DNA of 62,105 nt, the filler included, from Sphacelaria rigidula (lineage: Eukaryota), in NCBI GenBank assembly GCA_964200075.2. It is 2 parts of 2 records of this genome, joined end to end, with 100 filler letters (N's around TTAATTAATTAA, not from the genome) between each part and the next. Parts side by side here need not be neighbours in the genome. Positions count along the whole stretch, not along the records: positions 1 to 31,011 come from CAXNAA020000053.1; 1 more part is not named here. One strand, 5' to 3'. Numbering within the stretch: the stretch's first letter is position 1; the number at the start of each line of letters is the position of its first letter. Under the pieces are notes generated by a model. The model was not told the DNA's origin and did no database searches. It saw only the letters and a program-made list of their open reading frames with translations. Shown here piece after piece: positions 1 through 14,600 of this stretch. A program made the position numbers and the translations under genes.

Positions 1-445
1 TTGAACCTCATCTCAAATTTAAACCTCAATTCGCACAATTTGTTGTTGAATGAGTCCCCCCCCCCCCTCCCTTCTCCCCTCCCTTCTCCCGCCGCCAACT
101 CTGTAGAGTCCGTCTTTTTTTGTGGAGGCGTCGGTGCTCTTGAAAAGGCATAGCACCCGACGGTACATGGTGAATGTCTACTTGTAGCGTTTAGATGTTT
201 TGCTCGACGACGGTAACGACTCAGGAGGAGCATGGACAGCCAGGAAGGTCGTCTCATGTGAAAGTGTAATTGCAATCGATGCGGTTCTCATGTTAGTCTC
301 AATCGTGGGCAGTAGTTTCGTGTTCAAAGCATCGCAGAATACCCCACCAACCCGACGCTGCTGATCACGGAGGCATATGTTAACCTCCTCCCGCTATCTT
401 GCACCCACCAAATATATGGCGTAACCTGGTGCTGGCAACAACCAG

Positions 446-2630
446 GTCATCGGTCGAGTTGTAAGCAACACACAATTGGAGTGTGCCTCGCCGTCAGTCC
501 AAGTCGCGGGAACGGTCTCCGTATCTGTCAGTTTCCAGTACACCAAGATCACCCAACGGAAAACTGACTTCGCTGCGGAGGGCAGTTTCACGAGCTTGAG
601 CTGGGACAATACACTTACATTTGATTTCTACCCTACCGAAATGATTTCCGGTCTGCAACCTTACGAGGGCCCCGTACGAGGCGGAACAACCGTTTCAATC
701 CGTGGATCGCAGTTCCGCAACACAACGAAATTGGTCGCGAGGTTCCAGTCTCCAGGCAACTCCGTCAATACCACCGCCGCCACCACCGACGATATGCTTC
801 CCCCGTATTCCGTGGTACCGGGTCGTTTCGTCAGCGATGTAGAAGTGAGGGTGCAAACGCCAAAGTGTCCTGCCGGTTCGAACGGTGGGTCTTTCACGGT
901 AGGGGTTTCGTCAAACGGCGAGGACTTCACATCTTTCGAGCAGGGTCCATTGTTCTTTTACGACGCAAGCGAGCCGTTCGTCGAGGGAATATCCCCGACG
1001 ATTCTACGTGAAGGGGGCGGCGAGACTTTGACCATTTATGGCTCAGGCTTCCCGGAAACATATCCCAACACCATCGTGTGCACATTTGGCGAGGACTCGG
1101 TGATTCCGGCAATTAGACGTTCAGCCGACGTATTGAGCTGCCTTTCACCCCCGCACGAACCGGGGACCGTAGCAATCACCGTGACTTCTTACGGACAGTC
1201 CTTTGCATCCGACTACAATATTCTGGTGGAGTATGTTGGTGCCTTACGCGTGACTTCCTCGTCGCCTACGCTCGGGCCTTCGCGTGGTGGAACAGCAGTC
1301 ACCGTTCACGGAGAAGGTTTTCACGCAAAATATGAATATCTATGTGCTTTCGGGTTGACGCAGCCACCGACCATCGCTACCTTCGTCAACGTTTCTGCTA
1401 TAGTATGCACCGCACCCGCGCTATCTCGTGCAGAGGATCAAGGACAGGCTACGCTCGTGATACGAATAAATGGAAACGAAGGTGCGTACGGAGACAGCGC
1501 AGGTGTGGCATCGGGTGGTCAATATGCCACCATGAACGCAACAGACGGAGAGAACAGTTCCCTTTTGCTACCTCTAACGTTCCTGTATCACGATGATATC
1601 GATGTTATGGTGCTTTCCCCGTCGAACGGGCCCATGTCTGGTGGAACCGCTGTGCGGATATCGGGGTCCGGCTTCTTGAACCTTCCACAAGCGGCTTGTC
1701 AGTTCGGGGGTGGTAAAGCAACTCCCGCAAGAGTGATCGACGAATTCACGTTAGTCTGCACTGCGGGTTCAGCCGTCGCCGCGATCACCAGTGGGAACGG
1801 CAGTAAACATAGGCACACAGCGGACCTTCCCGTAGAAGAAATAGGAGTACCCGTGACGGTAACTGCCAATGGGGTAGACTTCTCTTCGGTGAGCTCCACC
1901 GCCATGTTCTACTACGACCACGAAGTGGTAGTGCATGCTTTGCGGCCCGATCATGGGCCAGCTACAGGTGGAATGCGTGTGACCGTTGTAGGGTCCGGGT
2001 TCCGGCGGGATGAACACTTGGCGTGCATGTTCGGCATCGAAGTAGTCCCGGCAGAGTACTTGAACAACAAGAAAATCGCGTGCATTGCTCCGGCGCAGTC
2101 GCGGTTCTCTGTGGTGTCTGTCTCTGTCACACTCAACGGTCAAGATTTCGCTCCTAACCGCCCAGCCGTAGGTGAAGTAGGGGTGCATGAAGGGCCCATG
2201 TTTACCTACACTGCTCATGCTGTGGTTACAGCAGTTCAGCCGAAAACCGGTCCCAGCCGCGGAGGAACTGTAGTGCGTGTTTATGGCGCAAACTTCGCCA
2301 ATACGACACTGTTGCGATGCAAGTTCGGTGGGGTCGCACAACCCGTTGCACACTTCGTTTCCCCCGAGATCGTTACGTGCGTGTCCCCGCCAGTTCCTGT
2401 GGGCACGGGTCGTGTGCATCTCGAGGTTTCGGACCACCACCAAGCGATGCCTGCGTCGTCTTCTTCTGATCGCAGCACCGGCACACACGCAGATTGGTTG
2501 GTTGAAGATTTGACGCTTTGGACAAACAACGGGGTCGAGTTTTCCTTCATCGTAGATGCGCAAGTTCGTTCCGCTCTCCCGTCCGCGGGTCCCACTTCAG
2601 GAGGAACTAGGGTCAGCCTTGTTGGATCAG
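446..2630 (+). CDS. Exon of giant IPT/TIG protein (tandem IPT/TIG domains)
   Basis: Acceptor accag|GTC at 445/446 and donor TCAG|gtatga at 2630/2631. Repeated motifs SPTLGPSRGGT, SPSNGPMSGGT, RPDHGPATGG, QPKTGPSRGGT. Confidence 0.92.
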
Positions 2631-5600
2631 GTATGACAAAAATATTGTTTGCAGTGCAAAACCTCATGGCCGTACTGCACTACTCATACCCCTATCAGCC
2701 TTCTTGTCAGAACACTGTCGTGTGGTGTTCATAAACGTAAACCACTACATGCATGATGAAAGGAGAATGCTTGGATAGATTGAAGACGAATGAAAAAGAC
2801 ACAGACTAACCGACATTTCCGTCAGTATCGAGCGGTGACTGAATATTGACAATGGTTGAAGGCTAACCGATAGTCCTGACAATGCCAGGCGTTGACTGAC
2901 ACGTGCATGTAAAATACAAACCCGTTGGTAAATGTCGGATTAGGGTTTGGCGATCTGCCGGGCCTCGGCTGCAGATTCGGCGGTGTCGTGGAAGAAGCTG
3001 GCGGCGATATGTTCGAGGCGAATACTGCCCAACCCCGCCACATTTCCTCGATGGAAGTTTCCGCGATCTATGTATCACCCACAGAGGTGGTTTGCATGGC
3101 ACCGGCATGGTCCCCTGAATCACTTCTCGCGGAAGAGCAGAGGAGCGGGACGGTGCGGGTGGCTGTTACGGTTAACGGGCAAAACTACGGACTAGAGATG
3201 GCCCAATTTACGTACTACTCAACGCCGCAGGTATAGTACGGGTGTGTGTGAAACGTTGATTTCAGCCGTTGTGAATATGAGAACGTGGGTAGCGAACGAA
3301 AATCCAGTTTAGGAGAGGCAGCTCGATGCGGGGGTAGTGACCCGACCCGCGATACCAACATGCAAGGCGTGTGCCGGGTGAGAAGTGAGTTGATATCTGG
3401 TGACTACGGACCCGTCCCGAGGAAGAAGAGAGGGTCAAATTTCGGCGAGAGAATTGTTAAATACGTGATGCAGGCTCCCTAAAGCGCCTTTGAGTAAAAT
3501 ATCTCTACGGCTGCGACTATAAGGCTCGTATACACGTAACCAATGTATTAAATGCCGGAACAGTTGACGGAAACGGTGATGTTCAATTGGTGGCGGTTTG
3601 TTCCCTTACTGCCCCATATCTCCACGCGAAACCATGTACTGGCCGAATGGTGTGCAGGTGTACTCCGTATCACCCGACCGTGGTCCGACCACCGGCGGCA
3701 CCGTCGTGACAGTTTCGGGCGTCAATATTTCATCTGCGGCGACTCACCGAGCATCAAGCGACGGAGGAATATTGTGTCGGTTCGGAGGACCGGGTGGACA
3801 AATTGTACGGGGAGTTCCACTTCCGGGAATCGATGCTGTCGAGTGCGAAACTCCCCCTCACCCGGGAGAAGATCCTGACATAGAGGTATTTATATGGAGT
3901 GGTGGGCAAGGGCATGAATATCTGAGCAAGGAAATGGGTCTTAACGAAGAAAACCAGACGAAGAGCTCCTTGCCACTCGCCGAGTTACGAACCTTTCTGT
4001 ACTTACTCTCGAGAAATGTCTCCCTTAGTATTTCTCGAGAACTACTTGCTCGACAACGTTCAGGTCCAATCTGTTATTTACTAGCACAACTCTGACATTC
4101 GACGGCATGACACCGCGGCCACTTCTAATATATTTGTATTTACTATAGTTCGTGGCAACACAAGTACGTGCTTGAAGCGGGAAAAACATTTAAGTCTCGA
4201 GGATAGTTTGAAGGAAATGCTTGAATTTTGCGCACGTTGCAGGTACAACGGGTATCGATCATTGGTCCCGCGAAGCAACCGGAGGTGCAGGTTGTCGAAG
4301 CCCTAGCTCTGCCCGAGGGGGATCCTGTCTACAATGTCTCCATTCGGGGCTGGGGTTCGCAGAAAGAAGTACAAGAGGTCAGGGTTGGGGCGGTGCACGC
4401 TGCAAACGAGACGGCAATTGAGGTGCGTTCGCCTGATATATTATTACATTTCAAGCGGAGTATCAGATTACTGGTACCAAGGAACACACGTGCTGTAGGT
4501 GACGAGCGCAAAACGGAAGTCGCGATTTTTGCGGCGGTGCGTTGTGGTAGACGCATGTCCAGGCGATGAAATTACAAGCGCGTTATTTATGAGGCCTTTC
4601 ATTCTCATGAATATTTTTACACTCGGAAGGATACGAGGCTTCGTGGCTAGTTAGGTCTTTTGTCATGCGTTACCCCATGGCAATAGCTAGCGCGTACAAA
4701 TATGCAGCGGATAGTCTTTGGTAGACCCGTAAAACGGAGCACTCTTTTACGGATCAAGAGGTACCAGTCTCCAAGGTGCCCCTCGGATCGTTGAACCACA
4801 CAGGTTATCCACACTTCGATGGAACTGGCTCGCGAGGTGCAACGTGTGACCGTGGATGCTTCAGCAAACATTAGCGAGGTGAGAGATACGGCATATTGAG
4901 TAAGTACCAGGCGCGAACAATGTCAATGTTGGGGCAAGCCAGTGGGTCTCTGAAGCCTACAGGCTGGTCTGCCGAAGAACCATGAAATATACCGTCTGGA
5001 TCTTTCTCGGTGAGATTCAGGAGTGTGGCGTGAAACTTCGCAATCATCACTCTGTGCGCAAAATAACCATGTACCTTCCTGCGGAGGGAAACGCCTTTTC
5101 AACGCGAGGGTCTTACGATATTATTCATTTCGGAACAATTCACCCTTTTTCGCGCGAAATACACCCTCATGCTAAAGTCGATGATGAAAAATGAGCATAT
5201 CACAACCTTGATGTGTCTGGGTACACTTACGACACATGCCGTCTTTGATTCGTGAAAGGCCACGAGAGGGGAGTAAGGAAGCATGAAGAAAACACGCGAT
5301 TCTCGAGAAAAACAACTCTCGTATTTGATTCTTTGCCCATGGTTGCGAAGAGTTGGGGAGTAAAATTTCGCACCCATGTGTCCATTAAAAAAACAAAAAG
5401 TGATGTTTTCAATAACACAATCAGTATGGATGATATCACTAGTTCCATGTCTTTGCCTTGAAATCCAATATTATCGGAAATCCGGCTTGTTCGGGACGGG
5501 TTTTTTTCTCGCTAAAAGTATAAATATCTCGATCGGAGAGAGGGAAATAAAAAGGCTTGTTCGGGACGGGTTTTTTTCTCGCTAAAAGTATAAATATCTC

Positions 5601-8600
5601 GATCGGAGAGAGGGAAATAAAAATAAGCAATAGCCACGATCACGTTCGTTTGCAGCTGTGCACATGCCGCCCCCCCGGTGTTCTAATGATCCGACTGTCC
5701 CCATAAGGGTAGAGAGAACGTGGGATCGTGCGTACCACCAGATACGTTGAGTTTTTCTTCGAAGATTTTTCGCCGTCGAAAGCGTGAAGATATGAGTAGA
5801 CAAAAAAGTAGTTGCCTGGGTTTGTTTGACGAGAGTTGACGTGGCGCGGTAGCGTTGGTCATGATTCAATACGCGATACCAAGACGTGAGACCAAGACAT
5901 TAGGGGTGTACCGGGGGAGTGATGGATTAATTCCTTGAGACCACGGGCTAGTCCTGAGGGAGGGAGGGGGTCTAAATTGAGACAAAAAAGAAAACGTGTG
6001 TAAATATTTTCGGCTTGTGACTCGTAAAAATGACGAGGGAGAGAGGTGACAAGCTCAAGAGGGTCAGAACTTCTTCAGGGACCACACTTGTCTGATTTGA
6101 CCGTTTCCCTGTGATTACTTTGAGCTGTGAAGTAAGAATGCAGTGTTTTGTGAATTCAAAAGACAAACACGGCATTTTCTTCATGAGCTAAGAAGAATCG
6201 TGAAATAACTGCGACCTGTACTATATTCGAGTATAATATCGCAAAGTTCCGCCCGTCACCAGTATGCAGCGCTTCCGTTCAAAAAGTTGTTTTCAGCGAG
6301 CGTATCATTTCCGTGTCCACCTTGCTCTCCGGAATACTGTGCTTGCCCATAAATGAACACCCTTGGCCTCTGGTCGAGGATATTACTAGGATGGGTGCTA
6401 CGTTACTGTTGTTCCGCAAGAACTCCATATCCACAGCTGTAACCTCACCGATAGAATAGTATTCTTTAGGCATATCGGAAGATACGATACTTCACTCTTT
6501 TCTTCACACCTGCTTCACACAATGTTACCGGGTTTTTCCAGGTCCAGGAGATCACGGTAGCATCCTTGGACGCGTTATCTCTGTCGGGGACGTTTTCTCT
6601 ACGTCACGGCTTCCACGTGTCTTCGCCAGTGCCTTTCAACGCCTCTGCTGCCGAGGTAAAACTGATGTTTCTCAGTGTGCTACGTCCATATACCTGAAAA
6701 CGGTCGCCCTTCCGAGTGAGAGGCGACCGCCGTGCTGGATCGATGAATATGTTCAGACTGTTGGAGTCGGCGTCTGTCGACAAAGCCTTGTCCGTTGGTC
6801 CCTTCACGTAGAGAGTCTCGTTGTACTGCGTGCGAGTTCCATTTTAACTGTTTCTTTTGAAAAAATATGCCCTTCTATTCTGCAAGACAATCGGAATCCT
6901 CGCGGTCGATCTGGACTGGCTTGTTGACAGGTAGACGGTGATGCTGATCATGAAATAACCACGTCTTTTTGTTCATCCCTCCGCCCCACCCCGCCTGCCT
7001 GGATGCCCACGTCATCGGTATCGTTGTGACCGGGACGCTGATGATACCAAAACGCGGAAGGTTGAGGAGGCACTGATGGGGCTTCCAAGTTTGGGTGGGG
7101 GAATCGTTCGCAGAATTTCCTTTTATAACAGCACCACAGGCAGGGAGGGGTTTCAATACAACGTTACACTGGCGTATGCTACGGGCGATTTGGCAGCACT
7201 TTCTGTCGTGGCCTCCGATTTGTCAGGCATCGGAGTTAGCACCACGGTGACAGAGGTAAAAGCTCATATAATGCTGATGTATTGGGTCGGAACAAAAAGG
7301 CACGACTTCGCTGCTATAATGAAGGAGTAGGCTGCCAGTCCACGTGCCGACCTGGTTTAATAGTGTATTTGGTTCGTGTCACGGGCGTTAACATCATGTG
7401 CTGTGGTGTACAGGTTCCCCGCTGTGGGCAAACTTTCGATTGATTTAGCAGTGCAGCAGTGCATTCGCTGAGATAGAGACTCCTGACATCGTGTAGTTGC
7501 GCTGTTTGATAGGAGCACAGCAACACAGCTCCTTGCCGTACAGCACTGCACGAAGCAAAACAATGTTTTGCTGTGACAGTAGTGCAGCTACTTTTGTCGT
7601 GCTTCATCTTGTACGACGTCTCACGTCATGAACGTCGCGTTGTCGACAGTGCTGAGGTAACACAAAAACCTTTGCTCTTCACAGACGCACAACCTGTCCT
7701 TGCGTTTCTCACAATATATGGCAATGCAGAATTCGACTTGCCCTTTGCGCGCTGTTGCTCCAGGTTGTGAAGGGACAGCCATGCGAGGTGCAAGCAATAT
7801 CCACGAGGGCGTCAACAGGAGGCTCGTTTACTCTCACGTATAATGGGGAAACGACCCAAGACATCCCCTGGGACGCCTCGGCAGAAGTTGTTCAAGTTGC
7901 TTTAGAGGTGAGAAGAACAAGTTAGTGCAAGGAAGAACACGGGAAGCAGTGACTGTTCCGCGACCAACTTGATAGGTATCAAGCAAACACGAGTGCACTT
8001 CCTCGTCGGTGCCTCGCCTTGGTATCCAAGCGATCTGCACACCCCTATCGTTGGAGATTCGTCATTTAATTGCCCACATTCCTAAATATCTCGACTGCTG
8101 CTGAACGACTAGTAATTCCCATTCTTCATACAAACAAAACTCACGACCCGAGCCGTGCCAACCCTGAACCTCACTCTAGTTGAAGCGCCAGTCCTAACCA
8201 GTGGGACTTCCTCTACACACATTTTTGCCTGGCGTCACCGCCCACCTATCCAGGATCTGGACTCTGTGGGACGCTTGATGGTAAACCTCACGGATCCAAA
8301 TTCGTACCAACCAGGGGGTAGAACTTGGTCAGTAGCGTTTGTGGGAACCGCAGGCGATCTTGAGCTCATGACGGCTGATGCGGCGAGGCTCCTACCCTCC
8401 CCGTCTTATTTTGCTCGCGGCGAAAGTGAGAATAACGGTTACGCTGACGACGACGACGATGATGATGGCAGCATCGCCTACTGGCCTGTGGATTCGGCCA
8501 CCATAACTGTTTCGGAGACTCAGCGTGGGGAAGCTGCGACAGGTACAATATATGTTCCGAACGCAAAAACATCGTTTTCTACTACTTGGGAAATGGACAG

Positions 8601-11600
8601 ATTTCTCTATGCACTAGACGAAGGCCTATTCAGGGATACTCCACCCTGCAGGCTAGATACTACACCTTCCAGGCAAAAAATCGATACCTGGTGCCGATGT
8701 CGTTCACGCGTTGTCGTCGGTTTGCGGCTCATACGAATTCGGCCCTCGCGCCACAGGCCGAGGAGCGCATTTTCCCGCAGGGATGAGCGTGTGTTTCTCT
8801 CTCGAAAAATCGGCTCGACACTCGCCAGACCTTGCCTGCCGGGTGTCCTCGCCACCGGCACGTTGTGGACGTTAGGCGAGCGAATCCGTATCTTTTAGAT
8901 TGGGTGTGCCCCACCAAACAGTTGGTTGCTGGACAGGTCAACTAGTTCATAGAATATATTATGAGCACCCTACATTCGATAACAGTCGGCTCAACCTACT
9001 ACCTTTTGATGCTGATGGGCTACCGCGGCGGTCTTTGGACCGTAAACGTTCTTGTCACACGAACAAAACCAATGCGAAGCACCGCCTATAGGCCTTTTGA
9101 TATTTGGTACGTAAATATTTGGGCTGGAGTCTTCCGTTGCGCAAACCACGGGCTCATTTTTGTTTTTCATATGTTAGCACACACGTCTATCATGTGCCCA
9201 CGGCTGGATCCCTGGAGAGTTTGTTAAAGTACGACAATCAAATGAAATCGAATGAAAAATCGCACGAAAGCCAGTTTGGTAGCACAGGTGTTTCCATGGC
9301 GGGCGCTTGGGTATTGTTCGACACCACCAGTGACGTTCTATGAAGTATATCGCATGGCGGAAAACCGAACCTAGTTATTTGCCACGACCAAAACAGACGC
9401 ATGGGCTTCGGAGGCAGATGGCACGCCGTTTGTTTCTGGCGATGACGAAGAGTTCGATCTGGATAAAACTACCACAGTATCACAAACCCCAACCCCTTTT
9501 TCAATCGTTCTTTGGGGAACATGGACTTGGCTTCAGCGGAAGACGTATTCAAGTGCCCAACAACTGCTGGTGTGTATCATAACCACCGACTCCCGCGGTT
9601 TGTTGTATCACAACTACTGACCCCTTCAGATGGGCGTGCCTCGGGGAGTCTTGTCATCTCCTTTGACGCTGACGGTGACGGAACGATCGATGTGGACGAA
9701 CTTGCTACGCTGGGGGTCGATGCTGACAGCCTTGTTGCACAGGAGGCACTCCAAGCTCTGGAGGGGCTGCTTTTGGGAGTCGAGGTGTCTGTGGATGAAG
9801 ACAGCGAGCATCGAGCAAGAAATGGAGGTACATGGCGGCGCTGCGTTGTTCAAACTTACACGCTATTGGCCAGTTTGGGCGGGAGTAATGAGTTCAAAAA
9901 CCGATGGTAATTGTATATTTGTTGGTTCGTGTCGTATGGATCGTGAGGATATGAGCTAGGGAAATTTCGACCAACGTCGGGGGGCTGGGAGAGGGTTGAT
10001 CCAACTTTCGACGGGAAATCCACTTGTTTTATATCTTGTCTTCTCATTTCCACGCTTTTGTCGAGTTTTTTTCAGTAACTGTTTCCGGTTCTTTGTCCTG
10101 GGTATGTGTATCTTGCGACCATGGCTGTATTTGTAGTGTGTCGCTTAGTGTAATGCAGTTTATTCATCGATCCAACCATTTACCGATCAATCATGAAAAT
10201 GTCAGGCAGGTACCAAGGGAAAGATGTGTCGATTCGTTAAGCCTGCGGAGTCGTCTCGAAAACATCGTGAGGGCGACGACTTAAACTACGACTGGAAAAT
10301 CATGAAACCGTGATGATCCAGCGCTTGACTAGATACAAGAGACACACGCTGTTAACACACTAAGGGTTGACGCTTGTCACCGGTATCCTGATCGATGAGA
10401 GCTTCGGCAGGTGGCCCCTTTCGTTGTTGTCCGGATTGCATGACTGTACCCGACCGTTCGGGAAATCGCAACTGTTCAGGCACGAACAAGCACGACAGTT
10501 ACAATATGTATCTTCTGAACGGGCGCCGAATATCCGCCCTGTTCAGCGTGGTGCAAATCAGAACAATAACACATTACCAGAGTGTTTGTACATCGAACAC
10601 CACATAAGCTTTTCCTCGCGTGCGGAAACTGACCGGTCAATGATACGTTTCAACAGGCACTGCATGGCTCATAACCTTTCCCGAAGGAAATAACTATGAC
10701 GCTCTCCAGGTTGATGTTTCGGGCGTGGCAGGAACATCTCCGTTCGCGCTTGTCGAAGAGGTGCGAGAAGCTATTGACTTTGCGGTATTGTGTGTTTGAT
10801 AGTAGTTATGGTAGTGGCGATGCACCCGCTGCGGCTTGCAGCTATCATTCAGCATTGCGGCGAGTCGAACAAGATACAATTTTGATTTTAGCGACAACTA
10901 CGTTGGATGAAGAAAAACTCTCATTTTGCTTTGCTGACAAATTGCCGAACAAAATCGATATTTGCACGACAATCCGTTAATTATGTTGGTTTGTTTGGCA
11001 TACTCGGAAATAAAAATGGTACAAAAACAAAGACGCCGCTTCGTACATGATTTTGCCCCTGAAGACTTGGAGTACTCAAAGTCGTGTGTACGCACCTGGC
11101 ATCGTGCAGTAACAGCAGCTTCCTGAGCACGCATTTCTAAAATAGCCTGCTAGTTAATGGTAGCTGTCCGTTTTCGGGATGCATCCTCTGCCGATGTGAT
11201 TGGTGCAGTAGTTTGCAGCTGCAATAGGGGGCTTTCGTATTGTTTTCGTAGTCGGCGATTTTCAATAGTATTTTCGAGTGCCACCGCTCATCTCCGTGAA
11301 AGTTTGATCCCAAAGTTTGAGGATTGAGATATAGTAGGCATGCGTTCCACATTCCGAAACAAGATCATTTCTGCACTCAAGATTGAACTGATTACGGGCT
11401 GACCGTTTTCGGGGATCCTGCGGCTACCCATCCCCAGCTTCTGATCCTTGGGTATTTTTGCTGGATTGAAGCAATCCCGCTCGTTGTTGTAAACAAACAA
11501 AACATAGTGTTCTTTTTTGTTAAATTTCTACCTATTCATTGCGCCAGAGCTGGAAAACTGTGTTTTTTGGCCCAATGACGGTCGATAGCACCCCCATGAT

Positions 11601-14600
11601 AAACGAGGTACTTACTCAGTGTCACCCCGACAAGACCAGTTGAGGATTTCGCCGTGGGGGTGACATATTTCGTTTCTCAATATCTATCGACGCTGGGGCT
11701 TTCGCGTGCCAAAGAAGAATAATATACGAGAAAAAATCAGAAAATGCCCAACTACGAAAATGCCCAACCGAGCGTTACATAGCACAGGGGTGTACTCATG
11801 ATCATGCGTGCCATAGTCAGAAGACCATTGACCTCGCATCCCTACAGNNNNNNNNNNGTTTTCGCCGGACCAGGCTCGCACTCAAACCACCAAGCGCGAA
11901 GCACCGTGGTGTGCTCAGGCGGGGGGTGAAGGAATCCCGATCGCTCTCGTGAATAATTGCACAAGCCCTTATCTGTAGTTTCACGCATTCAGCGCAATAG
12001 AGCCGAAAACGAGTGTGGTTTGGACCAAAAGCGGTTTGCAGCACCCCCTGTCAACTCAGCCCGTAAGTCGTCCGATATTAAGCGCAGAGACGATTCTTGT
12101 TTCGGAATGTGGAGCGGGTACGTAGTATCTCCCGATCCCCAAACCCCGGGATCAAACGTTTACTTCGATAAGCTGTGGCATGCGGAAAACTATTGAGAAT
12201 CGTCGACTACGAAAAATTTCAAACCTTTCCTATCTCAGCTGCAAACCACTATAGACCACTAGCGGAAATACAATAATGATCCTGACACTTGTCGATACCT
12301 GGGTGCCACGTCTTCAGGCTGCGTAAAATGTTACTCAGTTCTGAGCAGTCTTGCGTTTTCTGAATAGTATGATTTGATCGTTTCCACCATACTCTTTATG
12401 AGTTACGAGGTGAAAAAATGCGGCTACGTGCGCATTAAAAAAGCAAAACAGTTTGGCACCTGCACACTTGTTAATTAGTGCGTTTCCAATCAAAATATTC
12501 GGAGAATCATACTCGTCGGAGGTATTACATTCCGCCTTAATGTCGAAATATATCGAGTTGAGAGTCGAGGCTTGAACAATGAGCCACACTGACGACATGT
12601 GGTTTCGTGAATGTGTACAAGTGCGTGAAGGTTTCAATCATGAATCTCAGAAACCATGGAAGAACAACAAAATATGTAGTGTATTCCGCCATAAGAAAAA
12701 TACGAAAATGCTGGTGAACGTATGCCATGTTTTATCACGTGTTTCTCCCACATTAATTCTACGAAGTGCGGCTTGAAATTTGATCCAAACGTGCATTGCA
12801 AAACACCAAAAACGATAATTATGTTCAGCGTTCCTTTTCGTATTCAAGAACAATATATTCGTCGCACAGGATGTGGAAAATATTTTCAAATTGTCCAATA
12901 TCCGAATATCGCAAGCTCAACATCGGGAGCAACTAACGAGCTACAACCCCGATTTCTGTATATGGAATGCACACACGTGCATGTAAGTTCAAGCAATAAT
13001 TCATAACACCCACTGAGGAAAATCCGGGGAATGGACCGCCAACTCTTGTAACTTGGCAGCTGCCCTTACAGATCAGCATAAAGTAGTCATCCTTGTTTCG
13101 CTTCGTCATGTTATGATGAACAAGCAGCTACTCGAGCGAACCCCGCAGCAGTCTCGTGCCCGTCTCGTTATTAAGCAGCTATCGTCTTAATTGTGTTCGC
13201 CAGGCTGTCCCGGTGTGCTTTTTGGTAGCACTAGCTGATGCACAGAATCCAGTTTTTTACAGAAACATTTTCCCCCGCGAAACAAAACGCTCATTGCTAT
13301 TCCTTTACGCAAAACCTGCGGCTTTTTGCCTCTATCTACGTGCCTTTTTAACGACATTCGCTCACGAAGGTGAAAGCGGGTACACAGTTGGAGGTACAGA
13401 TGGTGCAGACTACGGGGACTCCAACTGGGGAATTTTTCCTGGGCTTCGGTGGAGGTACGAGACGAATGTTGGGTTTAGGTGTACGTGAGAAGCAAGGGCG
13501 GGGATGGGAACGTGACACCAGTAGCGACTGCAGGCACAAGAGGTGTGCTTAATATTCAGCCTCGTCCATAACGAAGAATATGTGATTTTGATTACGACAG
13601 GACGTCAAGGGCGCTTACCTTGGACAAATACGCCCGAGTTTCAAGAATCATGCATTCACGGCTGTTTACAATAGAGGACCATACACCACCCGAATCTTGC
13701 GCACGTGTGACGCATTTCTGTAGTTATCCTCTACGGCAGCTCAAAAGACGCTTGACCGAAAGACGATTTACCTTGTGCACAGTGAATAGTCAGCAGCGCA
13801 GCACCATTCCTATCGTCCGCCAATGAAACTAGTAGCTCCTACTTTTCCAATCGGGAACTTTACCGAAGCGCAGCGTGGGATGAGTGCCGTCCTTGATATG
13901 CTCCAGCATCTTTCCCCGGCGGTAGATCTATGCAAGTAGCCTTTTTTGGCCAAGAATTCTCTCTGCCTAGGCTTCGACCCGAGCATCAAACGTTTCGAGC
14001 ACTACATCTGCTTCAAATCCCCAGTCGCATAGCGTCGTGGATGGCGAGGCGCGGGAAAACCATAGCATGCTCTTCTTGGAACTGCGCGCCTGCGCACGAT
14101 GCGCTGTACTTGTCGATATTGTTCGAAAACCACGATCCATGATGAACACTGTGAACAACAGGTGGTCCAATGGGATAGGAGAGGAGCGAGGTCGGTAGTG
14201 TTCTAGAGCGGAAATCAGGGAACGTCGAACGCAATGGGTGGAAGTTTGAACCAATTTTTCACCCCTCCCGTCCCATCTCGCTCCACGACTCCGCACTGAT
14301 AGAGGACAGCGATTATGTGTCCTTCGACGCGTCAGCCTCTGATTTGAAGAGTACGCTCGAGGCCCTGCCATCCGTTGGAACGGTTAACGTTTCTCGCGAA
14401 GATATGGGAGGGGACCTGTACGCGTGGACTATTACGTTCACCGAGCCATCCAGTTCCGCCTACACTACGACAACTGAAGTGGAGGATGAGGATGGCACGA
14501 CCACCACTACTACTCTGCTGTCGTTTCCGCTTCTGTACGCGGGTGGGGTTGAAAGCGATGATAGATTCGGGCTTGGCACTCTAGGGACGGGGAGTGGCTT

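Noticed and set aside
4007-4040. 11-bp-stem hairpin TCTCGAGAAAT/ATTTCTCGAGA as a terminator
   Set aside because: Intronic in a eukaryotic gene with no U-tract. Probably a chance or TE-derived inverted repeat.
5484-5623. CRISPR-like repeat (also 36052-36214 and 53099-53220)
   Set aside because: Only two abutting copies with no unique spacers and no cas genes, in a eukaryotic context.
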